Shown here piece after piece: positions 50,815 to 60,591 of a stretch of 64,000 bases of DNA. How positions within the stretch are numbered: the first letter of the stretch is position 1; each line of letters starts with the position of its first letter. The translations under genes and the position numbers were made by a program. Source of the stretch: an uncultured Chloroflexia bacterium (GTDB lineage Bacteria; Chloroflexota; Limnocylindria; QHBO01); NCBI GenBank assembly GCA_963839635.1, contig CAWIVT010000006.1, positions 470,936-534,935 of the forward strand, given 5' to 3'. A model generated the notes under the pieces. That model did no database searches. It was not told the origin of the DNA and saw only the letters and a list, made by a program, of their open reading frames with translations.

Positions 50815-51696
50815 ATGAGCACCCTCTCGCCCGCACGAGAAGCGGCAACCAATCTCCCCAAGGCCGGCCGCGGAGCGCGATCCGGAGGCGGGGCGTGGTG
50901 GATCTACCTGCTGCTGTTCCTCGGCATCCTCATCCTGGTCGGGCCGTTCGTGTGGATGGTCCTCGGGTCGTTCAAGACGACCGGCGAGCTGCGCCAGGTG
51001 CCGCCGACCTGGTTCCCGGAAGCGCCGACGCTGGCCAACTACGAGGACCTGTTCAGCCGGCTGAACTTCCTCGGCTACTTCTTCAACTCGACCGTCGTCG
51101 CCCTCGCTGTGACGGTCGGCAACATCGTGTTCTGCTCGATGCTCGGCTATGCGCTCGCGAAGCTGGAGTTCCCGGGCAAGCGAATCCTCTTCGTCGTCGT
51201 CCTCGGCACGCTGATGGTCCCGAGCGTCGTCACGTTCATGCCGCTCTTCGTGCTGACCGCAAACCTCGGCCTGGTCAACACCCACGCCGGCCTGATCCTG
51301 CCCTTCCTGGTCGGCGCCTTCGGCGTATTCCTGATGCGGCAGTTCATCGCGGGGCTCCCGGACGAGCTGCTCGACGCGGCGCGCGTCGACGGCGCGGGAG
51401 AGCACTACATCTTCTGGCGAATCATCCTGCCGCTCTGTGGCCCGGCGCTAGCGACGCTGGGCATCCTGACCTTCCTCGGCAGCTGGAACAGCTTCCTGTG
51501 GCCGCTCGTCGTGGCAACCTCCGACACCATGTACACGCTGCCCGTGGCGATCGCGCTGTTCGCAACGGGTCAGCAGGAGACGAACATCGCCCTGCTCATG
51601 GCCGGTTCGGTCGTGGTCATCGTGCCGGTGCTGATCGTCTTCATCGCGCTCCAGCGCTACTTCACCCAGGGCATCGCCATGACCGGCATCAAGTGA
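50815..51696 (+). CDS. Carbohydrate ABC transporter permease (MalG-like)
   Basis: Intact 293-aa ORF. The EAA loop is LLDAARVDGAGEHYIFWRIILPLCGP. Confidence 0.9.
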   Translation: MSTLSPAREAATNLPKAGRGARSGGGAWWIYLLLFLGILILVGPFVWMVLGSFKTTGELRQVPPTWFPEAPTLANYEDLFSRLNFLGYFFNSTVVALAVTVGNIVFCSMLGYALAKLEFPGKRILFVVVLGTLMVPSVVTFMPLFVLTANLGLVNTHAGLILPFLVGAFGVFLMRQFIAGLPDELLDAARVDGAGEHYIFWRIILPLCGPALATLGILTFLGSWNSFLWPLVVATSDTMYTLPVAIALFATGQQETNIALLMAGSVVVIVPVLIVFIALQRYFTQGIAMTGIK

Positions 51697-51763
51697 TGCT
51701 GCAGCAGCCCCCGTCCCGAGCGGCACCCGAGCGCCGCGTCACGCGACAAGAAGGTTTCCACCG

Positions 51764-53329
51764 ATGACTCGATCGCACCGCCTCCTCGCGCTCCCCCTGA
51801 CCGTCCTGCTTGCCCTGGTGCTTGCGATGCCGGTCAGTGCGGCAAACCCGAAGGCGGCGCTCCAGCGCTGGGCAGCCGATACCTGGGCCAGCTTCGTGGC
51901 CATGACCAACCCGGAGACGGGCCTGCCGTCCGACAACATCGGCGGCGACCTCGATCCGGACACGCGCGCGGCGTACACCTCGCCGACGAACATCGGAATG
52001 TACATCTGGGCCACGCTCTCGGCGCGCGACCTCCAGCTCATCAGCCCGGGGGAGGCGCGCGAGCGCGTCGCGGTCACGCTCGACAGCGTCGCCGCGCTCG
52101 AACGCCACGAGGAATCTGGCCAGTTCTACAACTGGTACGACCCCGACACCCTCGAGACCATCCACATCTGGCCGGAGAATGGCGACCCGGTCTATCCATT
52201 CCTGTCGAGCGTCGACAACGGGTGGCTCGCGTCCGCGCTGCACATGGTCGCCAACGGCGCCGTGCCGCAGCTGCGCGACCAGGCTCACGAGCTGGTCAGC
52301 ACGATGAACTTCGGCTTTTACTACAACCCGATCGAAAACCAGATCCGCGGCGGCTACTGGCCGTCCGTGCCGCCCGGCCAGGTTCACGTGCCGGCGGTCG
52401 ACAGCTACAACTGCCAGCCGGGCGCTGCCGACGGCAGCAGCTCGGGGTTCACATGCCACCACTACGGCGCGTTCAACACCGAGCCGCGGATCGCCTCGTA
52501 CATCGGCATCGCCTACGGGCAGATCCCTGCTCGCCACTACTTCGGCGGCTTCCGGACGTTCGAGGACACCTGCGGCTGGAACTGGCAGGAGACGAAGCCG
52601 ATCGGTGAGTGGGCGGAGTACACCGTCGAGGGCGAGACCCTCCGCGTCTTCGAGGGCGCCTACCCCTACGACGACCAGCTGGTCGTGCCGACCTGGGGCG
52701 GGAGTGCCTTCGAGGCCTTCATGGTTCCCCTCGTCGTGCCGGAGGAGCAGTGGGGGCCCGAGAGCTGGGGCGTCACGCATCCGCTGTACGCCGAATCGAC
52801 GATCGAGTTCGGCCTCGACGAGGCGGAGTACGGCTACTGGGGCTTCAGCCCGGCTTCGAACCCGGCCGGTGGCTATCGCGAATATGGCATCGACTGGATC
52901 GGCCTCGAGCCGAACGGCTATCCCGCCGACGTCGAGCGCCTGACCGTCGGCACCCGCGGCTGGGATGATCCGGCGTGTCCCGTTCCGGCCGACCCGATCG
53001 AGGACTACGGTGAGGGCGTCGTGACGCCGCATGCCGCCGCGATCACCCTCGATTTCGCCTTCGATGCGGCGCTCGCGAACCTGCAGAACCTCGAGAGCGA
53101 CTTCCCGGACATCTACGGTCCGGGCGGGTTCAAGGACTCGATCAACGTATCGACCGGCCAGGTCGCCGACCGCTACCTCTCGCTCGACCAGGGCATGTTC
53201 ATCGCAGCCCTCGCCAACGAGCTGCGGAACGATCGGCTGCAGCACTACTTCAGCCACGGCGCGGTCGAGCAGTCCCTTCGCCCGCTCATGGCCGTGGAGG
53301 AGTTCGGCGCGGGCCGGATCGCTCCGTGA
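51764..53329 (+). CDS. Secreted glucoamylase-family (PF10091/DUF3131-like, (alpha/alpha)6-type) glycoside hydrolase
   Basis: Intact 521-aa ORF. The signal peptide is LALPLTVLLALVLAMPVSA|A. Strings: YTSPTNIGMYIWATLSARDL, GQFYNWYD, LSSVDNGWLASAL, TEPRIASYIGIA, PTWGGSAFEAFM. The exact family and substrate are uncertain. Confidence 0.6.
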   Translation: MTRSHRLLALPLTVLLALVLAMPVSAANPKAALQRWAADTWASFVAMTNPETGLPSDNIGGDLDPDTRAAYTSPTNIGMYIWATLSARDLQLISPGEARERVAVTLDSVAALERHEESGQFYNWYDPDTLETIHIWPENGDPVYPFLSSVDNGWLASALHMVANGAVPQLRDQAHELVSTMNFGFYYNPIENQIRGGYWPSVPPGQVHVPAVDSYNCQPGAADGSSSGFTCHHYGAFNTEPRIASYIGIAYGQIPARHYFGGFRTFEDTCGWNWQETKPIGEWAEYTVEGETLRVFEGAYPYDDQLVVPTWGGSAFEAFMVPLVVPEEQWGPESWGVTHPLYAESTIEFGLDEAEYGYWGFSPASNPAGGYREYGIDWIGLEPNGYPADVERLTVGTRGWDDPACPVPADPIEDYGEGVVTPHAAAITLDFAFDAALANLQNLESDFPDIYGPGGFKDSINVSTGQVADRYLSLDQGMFIAALANELRNDRLQHYFSHGAVEQSLRPLMAVEEFGAGRIAP

Positions 53330-55191
53330 CGGATGGGGAGGCCATCGTGACCGACGTTGAACGGAGCGCGCGCGCGGATTGGGAGGCGCGCATCGGCCTG
53401 CGGAGCGATGCCGAGGCAGGGCTCGACCTGCCGTCGCTCCCGGCACCTGGGGCACTGCGGGCGAATGCTGGGCGCGGACAGGTCACCCTGGAGTGGGAAC
53501 CGGTCGACGGAGCGGCCGGCTACGTGATCGAGCGCGCTTCGCGTCCGGACGGCCCGTGGGAGCTGCTCGTCATCGGCGAGCCGGAGGTCCGGCCTGTTCC
53601 CCACCCACCGTTCACCGACACGAGCGGCACGCCGGGGAACGAGGCGCACTATCGTGTTGCGGCCGCGGCATCGGTCAAGGACTTCGACCAGCCGCGGTCC
53701 GAGGTCGTCACGGCGACGCCAGCGCAGGCCGGGGCGGCCGCGGTGCGCATCGAGGTAGCCGTGGCGGAGGTGATCGGTCCGGTCGAGCGGCCATGGCGGC
53801 CGATGATCGGGTCCGAGCACCTGAGCCAGCTCGAGGCCGGCATCGGGCCGGGTGGCCGCCCGATCGGTCCCGAGTTCTCCGAGGCGCTGCGCCTCGCGCA
53901 CGACGAGCTCGGCGTGCGGGCGGTCCGCGCGCACGCGATCCTGGGCGACGACCTCGGGACGTACCGTGAGTTCGACCATAAGCCGATGTACGACTTCAAG
54001 GGCATTGATCGTATCTACGACCACGTGCTGGGGCTCGGGCTGAAGCCGATCGTCGAGCTCAGCTTCATGCCTCGCGACCTCGCCAGCGACCCGTCGAAGA
54101 CGGTCTTCGACTACGGCGCCATCGTCAGCCCGCCGCGGAGCTGGGACCGATGGGAGGAGCTGGTGCGCAGGCTGACGGCGCACCTGGTTGATCGATACGG
54201 CCTCGATGAGGTCCGCACCTGGGCGTTCGAGGTGTGGAACGAGGCGAACCTCGACGTCTTCTGGTCGGGCACGCGCGACGAGTACATGAGGCTGTACGAC
54301 CTCAGCGTCCGGGCCGTGAAGTCGGTCGATGCCGGGCTGATCGTCGGTGGGCCGGCGTCGGCGGCGGCCAAGTGGGTCGACGAGATGCTGGCCCACTGCC
54401 GCGCAACGGGCTCCCCGATCGACTTCGTCTCGACGCACACCTATGGGAACGCGCCGCTCGACCTGCGGCCGATCGCGGCGCGCCACGGCTACCCGGGCCT
54501 GCCGCAGTGGTGGACCGAGTGGGGAGCGCACGCCACGCACTTCAACCCGGTCCACGACTCCCCGTGGAGCGCCGCCTACCTCGTGCGCGGCATGGCGTCG
54601 GCCATGGGCCGCACCGAGGCCCTGGCCTACTGGACGATCTCCGACCACTTCGAGGAGCTCGGCCGCCCACCGCGGCTGCTGCACGGTGGCTTCGGCCTGC
54701 TGGCCGTCGGGAACCTGCGCAAGCCGCGCTGGTGGGGGCTGTGGATGCTCGAGCAGCTGCTGCCGTCGCGCATCGGGGTGAGCGTGACGGGCGACGGCGC
54801 CGGCGACATGGTGCAGGCCATCGGATCGCGCGACGATGACGGACGGATCACCATCATCGCGTGGAACGGCACCGTCGACGTCAGCAAGGCCGATGGTGTG
54901 CCGCTGCTGGACCGATCCGCGGCGCTGCGCCTGAGTGGCCTGCCAAGGCCGAGGTACCGGCTGCGGCACCGGAGGCTCGACGCGGCTCACTCCAACCTCG
55001 TCGCCTCATGGGCGGGGGTCGGGGGCGGCGCCGACTGGCCGGACGATGCCGGGTGGCAGCGGCTCGCGGCCGAGAACTACCTCGAGGAGCTCGAGCCCGA
55101 GCGTGCCGTCGATGCCTCGTCCGGGTCGGCGGAGCTCGCCTTCGACCTGCCGATGCCATCGGTCTCGCTGCTGGAGCTGACACCCGCCTAG
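53326..55191 (+). CDS. GH39-like (clan GH-A) glycoside hydrolase with N-terminal FN3-like domain
   Basis: Intact 621-aa ORF. GTG at 53326 overlaps the upstream TGA. The FN3-like part is GQVTLEWEPVDGAAGYVIERASRPDGPWE. The catalytic-type motifs are WAFEVWNEANL and QWWTEWG. No signal peptide is evident. Confidence 0.65.
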   Translation: MTDGEAIVTDVERSARADWEARIGLRSDAEAGLDLPSLPAPGALRANAGRGQVTLEWEPVDGAAGYVIERASRPDGPWELLVIGEPEVRPVPHPPFTDTSGTPGNEAHYRVAAAASVKDFDQPRSEVVTATPAQAGAAAVRIEVAVAEVIGPVERPWRPMIGSEHLSQLEAGIGPGGRPIGPEFSEALRLAHDELGVRAVRAHAILGDDLGTYREFDHKPMYDFKGIDRIYDHVLGLGLKPIVELSFMPRDLASDPSKTVFDYGAIVSPPRSWDRWEELVRRLTAHLVDRYGLDEVRTWAFEVWNEANLDVFWSGTRDEYMRLYDLSVRAVKSVDAGLIVGGPASAAAKWVDEMLAHCRATGSPIDFVSTHTYGNAPLDLRPIAARHGYPGLPQWWTEWGAHATHFNPVHDSPWSAAYLVRGMASAMGRTEALAYWTISDHFEELGRPPRLLHGGFGLLAVGNLRKPRWWGLWMLEQLLPSRIGVSVTGDGAGDMVQAIGSRDDDGRITIIAWNGTVDVSKADGVPLLDRSAALRLSGLPRPRYRLRHRRLDAAHSNLVASWAGVGGGADWPDDAGWQRLAAENYLEELEPERAVDASSGSAELAFDLPMPSVSLLELTPA

Positions 55192-55231
55192 CGCGTTGCC
55201 CCGCCGGCGCTCGCGGCGTACGGTTGCTCGC

Positions 55232-56227
55232 ATGGGCAACGCGGCGCTCGACCGGTTGCTGGCGGTCCTCCTCGCGGTCCAGCTGGCGAGCGGGCTGCTC
55301 ACGCTGCGCTCCGGTGTGCCCGCGACCGCTCCCCTCTTCTGGCTCCATGGGCTCGTCGGCGGGGCGCTCCTCGTCGCCACGCTGGAGAAGCTACGCCGCA
55401 GCGTCGGGCCGGCGATGCGCGCACGACGATGGCGGCGCCTCGCACTGGGAACGGTCGTGGCGCTCCTCTCCGCCGCGGCGCTGGCCGGTGGCTTCGCATG
55501 GGTCGCTGGCGGCCGGATCCTGTCCGTCGGCCCGTGGACGATCCTGACCATGCATGTGTGGGCGGCGCTCGCCCTGCTGCCCATCGTGCTGCTCCATCTG
55601 CTCCCGCGCCGGTGGCGCCTGCTGCGGCCCCCAACCGCGGGACGGCGGCGCGTCAGCCGTCGAACGCTGCTCGTCACCGCCGGCGCGATCGCGCTCGGAG
55701 CCGTTGCCTGGGGCGCGGCCAACGTGCTGGATGCCGTGCAGGCGGGTGGGCGGCGCTTCACGGGTTCGCGCTGGCTGCCTGACGGCGGGATCCCGCCGCC
55801 GACCACGTTCTACGGCGAGGGCACGCCCAACATCGACTCCGCCACGTGGAGGCTGCACGTCACCGGCCGCGTCGAGCGACCACTCGACCTGGACATCGCC
55901 GCGCTGGGGACGATCGGGACGCTGGGGCGTGACGCAACTCTGGACTGCACTTCCGGCTGGGTGATGCGGACGTCATGGCGCGGAACCCCGCTCCGCGCCG
56001 TCCTGGAGGCCGCCGGCGCCGACCCGCGTGCGGCGCACGTGCGTGTCCGATCGGTGACCGGATGGAGCGCGATCCTCGAGCGACACGAGCTCGAGGGCGC
56101 CCTGCTCGCGACCCACGTCGCCGGCGCCCCGCTGCCGGCGGCGAACGGCGCCCCCTGCCGCCTCGTCGCGCCGGATCGGCGTGGCCTGGACTGGGTCAAG
56201 TGGGTGACCGACGTCGAGGTCGCCTGA
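55232..56227 (+). CDS. Molybdopterin-dependent oxidoreductase (sulfite-oxidase/MsrP-like Moco domain) fused to an N-terminal multi-TM domain
   Basis: ORF 55196..56227, start at MGNAALD. It has four hydrophobic helices with conserved-looking His (FWLHGLVGG, TMHVWAALALLPIVLLHLL), an internal twin-arginine-like RRRVSRRTLLVTAGAIALGA, then LDCTSGW...RSVTGWS...NGAPCRLVAP...GLDWVKWV. Confidence 0.72.
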   Translation: MGNAALDRLLAVLLAVQLASGLLTLRSGVPATAPLFWLHGLVGGALLVATLEKLRRSVGPAMRARRWRRLALGTVVALLSAAALAGGFAWVAGGRILSVGPWTILTMHVWAALALLPIVLLHLLPRRWRLLRPPTAGRRRVSRRTLLVTAGAIALGAVAWGAANVLDAVQAGGRRFTGSRWLPDGGIPPPTTFYGEGTPNIDSATWRLHVTGRVERPLDLDIAALGTIGTLGRDATLDCTSGWVMRTSWRGTPLRAVLEAAGADPRAAHVRVRSVTGWSAILERHELEGALLATHVAGAPLPAANGAPCRLVAPDRRGLDWVKWVTDVEVA

Positions 56228-56230
56228 TCG

Positions 56231-57613
56231 CTACTGCTGGATCGGCTCGAAGCGCGCGGTGAAGTGGCGCAGTGCCGACGGCTGCTCGACGATCCGCATG
56301 CCGCGCAGGTCGGATGCGCGCTCGGCCACCCAGCGGATGACCTCGATCACGTAGTCCACGTGCGATTGCGTGTACACGCGGCGTGGGATCGCCAGTCGCA
56401 CGAGCTCCATGGCCGCGGCCGACTCCGAGCCATCGGGGTGCAGCCCGAACATGACCGACCCGATCTCACAGCCGCGGATGCCGCCCTCGCGGTAGAGGGC
56501 ACACGCCAGCGCCTGCCCCGGGTACTCGAGGGCGGGGATGTGCGGCAGGAGGGCGGCCGCGTCAAGGTAGACGGCATGCCCGCCGATGGGCCGGATGCAG
56601 GGCACGCCGGCCTCGATCAGGGCCTCGCCGAGGTACGCGGTCGAGCGGATCCGATAGCGCAGGTAGTCATCCTGCACGACCTCGCGCAGCCCCGCCGCCA
56701 TCGCCTCGAGGTCGCGACCCGCAAGGCCTCCGTACGTCGGGAAGCCCTCGGTCAGGATGAGCATGTTGCGGCACTGCTCGGCCCAACGGTCGTCGTTCAG
56801 CGCGAGCCAGCCGCCGATGTTGGCGAGGGCGTCCTTCTTGCCCGACATCGTCATCCCGTCCGCCAGCGCGGCCATCTCACGCACGATCTCCGGCACCGGG
56901 ACGCCGGCGTAGCCCTCCTCGCGCTGCTTGATGAACCAGGCGTTCTCGGCGAAGCGGCACGCGTCGAGGAACAGTGGCACTCCATATCGGTCACACACCT
57001 CGCGCACCGCGCGCAGGTTGGCGAGGCTGACCGGCTGGCCGCCACCGGAGTTGTTGGTGACCGTCACGAAGACGACCGGCACGCTCTCAGCCCCGCGCTC
57101 GCGGATCAGCGCATCGAGCGCCTCGGTGTCCATGTTGCCCTTGAACGGATGGAGCGTCGCCGGCTCCCGGCCCTCGGGGATCACGCAGTCGATGGCCTCG
57201 GCGCCGGTGAACTCGACGTTGGCACGGGTCGTGTCGAAGTGCGTGTTCGAAGGGATCACCTTGCCGGGGCCGCCAATGACGCTGAACAGGATCTTCTCGG
57301 CGGCTCGGCCCTGGTGCGTCGGGATCACGTGGCGGAACGGCCACAGCTCGGTGACGGCCTCCAGGAAGCGGAACCACGACGGCGAGCCGGCGTAGGACTC
57401 GTCACCGCGCTGGATGCCGGCCCACTGCTCGGCGCTCATTGCGCCGGTGCCCGAATCGGTGAGGAGGTCGATGAGGACGTCGTCCGCATGGATGTTGAAC
57501 AGGTTGAAACCCGCTTCGCGGAGGTTCGCGTCACGCTCCTCGACGCTCGTGAGGCGGATCGGCTCGACGCTCTTGATGCGAAACGGCTCGATGATCGTGC
57601 GGAAACGGTCCAT
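56231..57613 (-). CDS. Tryptophanase / tyrosine phenol-lyase family beta-eliminating lyase (PLP-dependent)
   Basis: Within ORF 56231..57688, start at MDRFRTIIEPFRIKSVE (57613). Motifs: LTDSGTGAMSAEQWAGIQRGDESYAGS, IPTHQGRAAE, PLP-lysine context MSGKKDALANIGG. Confidence 0.88.
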   Translation of the reverse strand: MDRFRTIIEPFRIKSVEPIRLTSVEERDANLREAGFNLFNIHADDVLIDLLTDSGTGAMSAEQWAGIQRGDESYAGSPSWFRFLEAVTELWPFRHVIPTHQGRAAEKILFSVIGGPGKVIPSNTHFDTTRANVEFTGAEAIDCVIPEGREPATLHPFKGNMDTEALDALIRERGAESVPVVFVTVTNNSGGGQPVSLANLRAVREVCDRYGVPLFLDACRFAENAWFIKQREEGYAGVPVPEIVREMAALADGMTMSGKKDALANIGGWLALNDDRWAEQCRNMLILTEGFPTYGGLAGRDLEAMAAGLREVVQDDYLRYRIRSTAYLGEALIEAGVPCIRPIGGHAVYLDAAALLPHIPALEYPGQALACALYREGGIRGCEIGSVMFGLHPDGSESAAAMELVRLAIPRRVYTQSHVDYVIEVIRWVAERASDLRGMRIVEQPSALRHFTARFEPIQQ

Positions 57614-57666
57614 CACGCCGATGGTACCGGGTTGGCGTCGCCACCCGTGACAGGCATGATGCCGCG

Positions 57667-58632
57667 GTGATTGGCCGGTTCCTGGCAACCTGCGGCTGGC
57701 TGGCCGGGCAGATCGGCCGGCCTTTTCGCGCCCTTCCCCTCGGTCGGCTGAGCGCCGGCCCGCCGCTGCTCGTCGCGCTCCTGCTGGCCGGCGTCGCCGC
57801 CGTGCCCATCGTCCTGCCGCTGCTCGACCCGCAGCCCGAGGACGTCACGGTCCAGCAGATCTTCGACGGCGGCACGACGGATCCCGATGGATGGATTCGC
57901 CTCGAGGGCCGGATCGTTCCCCTGCAGTCGGCACCGACCCGCGAGGGCGGGCGGTACGCGTTGCTCGTCGACGCGGTCAACCCACTGCGAGCCGTGGCCG
58001 TCCGGAACGACTCGCGGCTCGCTGGGGCTGGCTTCGCGCAGCTGACCGGCATCCTCTCCCCCGCCGCCGTGGTGGTGGAGGAGGAGCTGCCCATCGAGGC
58101 GACCGTTGCCGGCACCCCCCCACGCGTCGTCCCCGATCGGATCGTGAGGCTCGACGCCGTGGCCAAGCCGGAGCGACAGGTGGCGTGGTGGCTGGCCATC
58201 CCACCGCTGGTCCTCGCCCTCCTCATCCTCGTGGGCGTCCGCTCCGGATATCCCGTCTTCCGGCCCACGACCGAGATCGACGTGCTCGTCAACCCGCTCG
58301 GAGTCGGCGAGCGAGTTCCGACCGCATACGGCGGCCGCATCGGCCCGAGCGTTCGACCCCTGTCGGACCCCGGCGGTGCACTGCTCCTCGTCCGCCGCGG
58401 AACGAGTGGAAGCATGCTCACCGCGCAGCCGCTCTCCGACGATGGCGGTGTGGCCCCGGCACCGGTGCAGATCGGAGGCAGCTGGACGAGCGGGCGCATC
58501 GGTGCAGTCCATACCCTGACCGAGACGGTTCCGGCGCTCGAGGTGCGCTCTGAGCTCGTCGACGCGACCTTCCTGTTCGCGCGCAACGCGGAACGCGACC
58601 GTGTCGCCGCGCTCATCGCGGTCGACCGCTGA
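57667..58632 (+). CDS. Hypothetical two-TM membrane protein
   Basis: Intact 321-aa ORF. TM helices: PPLLVALLLAGVAAVPIVLPLL and WWLAIPPLVLALLILVGV. The composition is non-repetitive and no family is recognised. Confidence 0.55.
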   Translation: MIGRFLATCGWLAGQIGRPFRALPLGRLSAGPPLLVALLLAGVAAVPIVLPLLDPQPEDVTVQQIFDGGTTDPDGWIRLEGRIVPLQSAPTREGGRYALLVDAVNPLRAVAVRNDSRLAGAGFAQLTGILSPAAVVVEEELPIEATVAGTPPRVVPDRIVRLDAVAKPERQVAWWLAIPPLVLALLILVGVRSGYPVFRPTTEIDVLVNPLGVGERVPTAYGGRIGPSVRPLSDPGGALLLVRRGTSGSMLTAQPLSDDGGVAPAPVQIGGSWTSGRIGAVHTLTETVPALEVRSELVDATFLFARNAERDRVAALIAVDR

Positions 58633-58655
58633 GGGTCGCTGATTCACGCGGCCCG

Positions 58656-59184
58656 GTGATCCGTACTCCGGTCATGCACCGCCTCGACCGGCCCGCCGGC
58701 CCAGTGACTCCGCGCCCCGGCCAGGAATCGGCCTGGGCGTACCCGCGACCGCCCGCCGTGGTCCCGTCCGAGCGCCTCGTGCGCATCGAGCACGGCGGCG
58801 TGGTGATCGCCGAGTCGCGACGCGCCATCCGGATCCTCGAGACGGCGGGCGCGCCGGTCTGGTACCTCCCTTCGCGACGACGTGCGCCTCGACCTGCTGC
58901 GCCCGATCTCGGGCACGACCGCGTGCGAGTGGAAGGGCGTCGCCTCGTACTTCGACGTCACTGCCGGCGATCGCACCGCCCGTCGGGCGGCGTGGACCTA
59001 CTCGGCACCCCTATCCGGCTACGAGGCGATCGCCGGCTATTTCGCGTTCTACGCGGGGCGAGTGGATCGAGCCACCGTCGACGGCGAGCGAGTCCGCCCG
59101 CAGCCGGGCGGCTTCTACGGCGGCTGGGTCACCGATGACGTCGTCGGCCCGTTCAAGGGAGAGCGCGGGACGGAGGGCTGGTAG
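58656..59184 (+). CDS. DUF427-domain protein (one frame change near 58870)
   Basis: ORF 58656.. gives VRIEHGGVVIAESRRAIRILETAGAPVWYLP. ORF 58882..59184 gives RDDVRLDLLRPISGTTACEWKGVASYFDV...FYAGRVD. The start codon is uncertain. Confidence 0.7.
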
Positions 59185-59212
59185 GTATCAGCGCGCGTGG
59201 CGTGTCGCCGCG

Positions 59213-60591
59213 CTAGGCCAGCAGCGTGACCGCGATGGTCGCCAGGTAGCCCAGGAGCAGCAGCCCTCCGACCAGCAGGTTGAGGTTCACGTTGGCGCCC
59301 ATGACGGCCATGAGCGTGTACGGGCTGTCGTAGTGGACCTTCAGGCCAGCGTGGACGCGGAGCGCAAGCGGCACGGCCGCGATGGCGATTAGCGTCGGCC
59401 AAGGCAGGAGCCCGCCGGCCACGCCGGCGGCGATCGCCGCGAAGGCGGCCATGGCGGCCACGAGGTAGCCCGCTGCGGACCATCGTCGGGCGAGAAGCGC
59501 ACCGGAAGCGTCCGCTTCCCCGCCTCGGCGTCGCGAGCGCCGGTCCGGGATCTCGTTCACGAACAGGATCAGGCCGATCAGGATGCCTGGCACGACCGAC
59601 AGCAGCGCCGGCTCCGGGATCGAGGCGGTCGGTCTGCACCACGTACGCGCCGAGCAGCATGATCGGGCCGAAGCCGACGGCCACGGCAATTTCGCCGAGC
59701 CCGCGATAGACGAGCTTGAGAGGGGGCGCCGTGTAGGCGACTCCGACCGCGATGCCTGCAATGCCGATCCAGAGCAGGGTGATCGAGCCGGTGACGGCCA
59801 CCAGGATCAGACCGATCGCCGCCGCCGCCCCGAACAGGGCGAGCGCGAGCCACACGAGCCCGCGGATGCTGACGAGGTCGTAGACGGCGACCCGCGAGCC
59901 GCCCGAGAACTGGGTCGGCGTGGTGTTCGCGTCATCGGCTCCCGACAAGCGTGTCGAAGATGTCGTTGGTGACGTTGATCGCCAGGTGCGCGAAAAAGGC
60001 GCCGAGGACGGTCAGCAGCGCCGTCCACCACGTGAACGCGCCGTGGCTGGCCGCCACGGCGATGCCGAGCAGCACCGGAACGGCGGTTGCCGACAGGAAC
60101 GGCAGGCGAGTGGTGCGCAGCGCCAGCCAGAACGGGCTGAGGCGCGGCTTGATCGTGCGTCCCTTCTCGACCGACAGCGCGGCAAGATACCGCCGCGACT
60201 GCGGCACGGAGCGCTCCGAGTACTCGAAGAATGGCGTCTCGGCCTCGTCCCAGCCCCAGGCACGGGTGGGCGTGAACGTGGCGTCGCCATCGAAGCGGCC
60301 CCAGAGCTCGAGGTATCGACGCTGGTCGTAGCCGCCGGGGATGGGGTGAATATGGCTGCCGAGGATGCCGACCTCTCGATCGGTCGGGATCTCCAGCCCG
60401 GCCGGCGCCGCCAGGCCGACGGTGCCCGCTGCCGCATGGGCCTCGAAGGATGTGGCGACGCTCATCGGGTAGCCGTCATCCTCGACCCAGCTGACCACCA
60501 CGTGGGCGTACGTCGCAAGGCGCTCGAAGTCCTCCCCCGTCGGGGCATGGGCCGGGATGGCGCCCGAGCGCATGGGTGCTCGTGTTGCCAT
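59213..60591 (-). pseudogene. UbiA-superfamily (MenA-like) prenyltransferase with an N-terminal ~145-aa split-barrel (PNPOx-like) domain, about 4 frame changes
   Basis: ORF 59932..60591 gives the N-terminal soluble domain, then PFWLALRTTRLPFLSATAVPVLLG...AHLAINVTNDIFDTL. ORF 59115..59948 continues SGADDANT...AVGVAYTAPPLKLVYRGLGEIAVAVGFGPIMLLGAY. ORF 59213..59761 gives VPGILIGLILFVNEIPDR and the C-terminal helices. DAEAGKRTLPVRF lies in the third frame. Confidence 0.7.

Noticed and set aside
47482-54990. Long minus-strand ORFs 47482..49935 (817 aa), 51689..53455 (588 aa) and 53245..54990 (581 aa)
   Set aside because: All are antisense to intact, motif-bearing plus-strand genes of the LacI/ABC/glycosidase locus. 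Their composition is typical of GC shadow ORFs.
56264-58647. Plus-strand ORF 56264..57670 (468 aa) and minus-strand ORFs 57531..58616 and 57613..58647
   Set aside because: They are antisense to the tryptophanase-like gene and to the two-TM protein gene respectively, and have no motifs.
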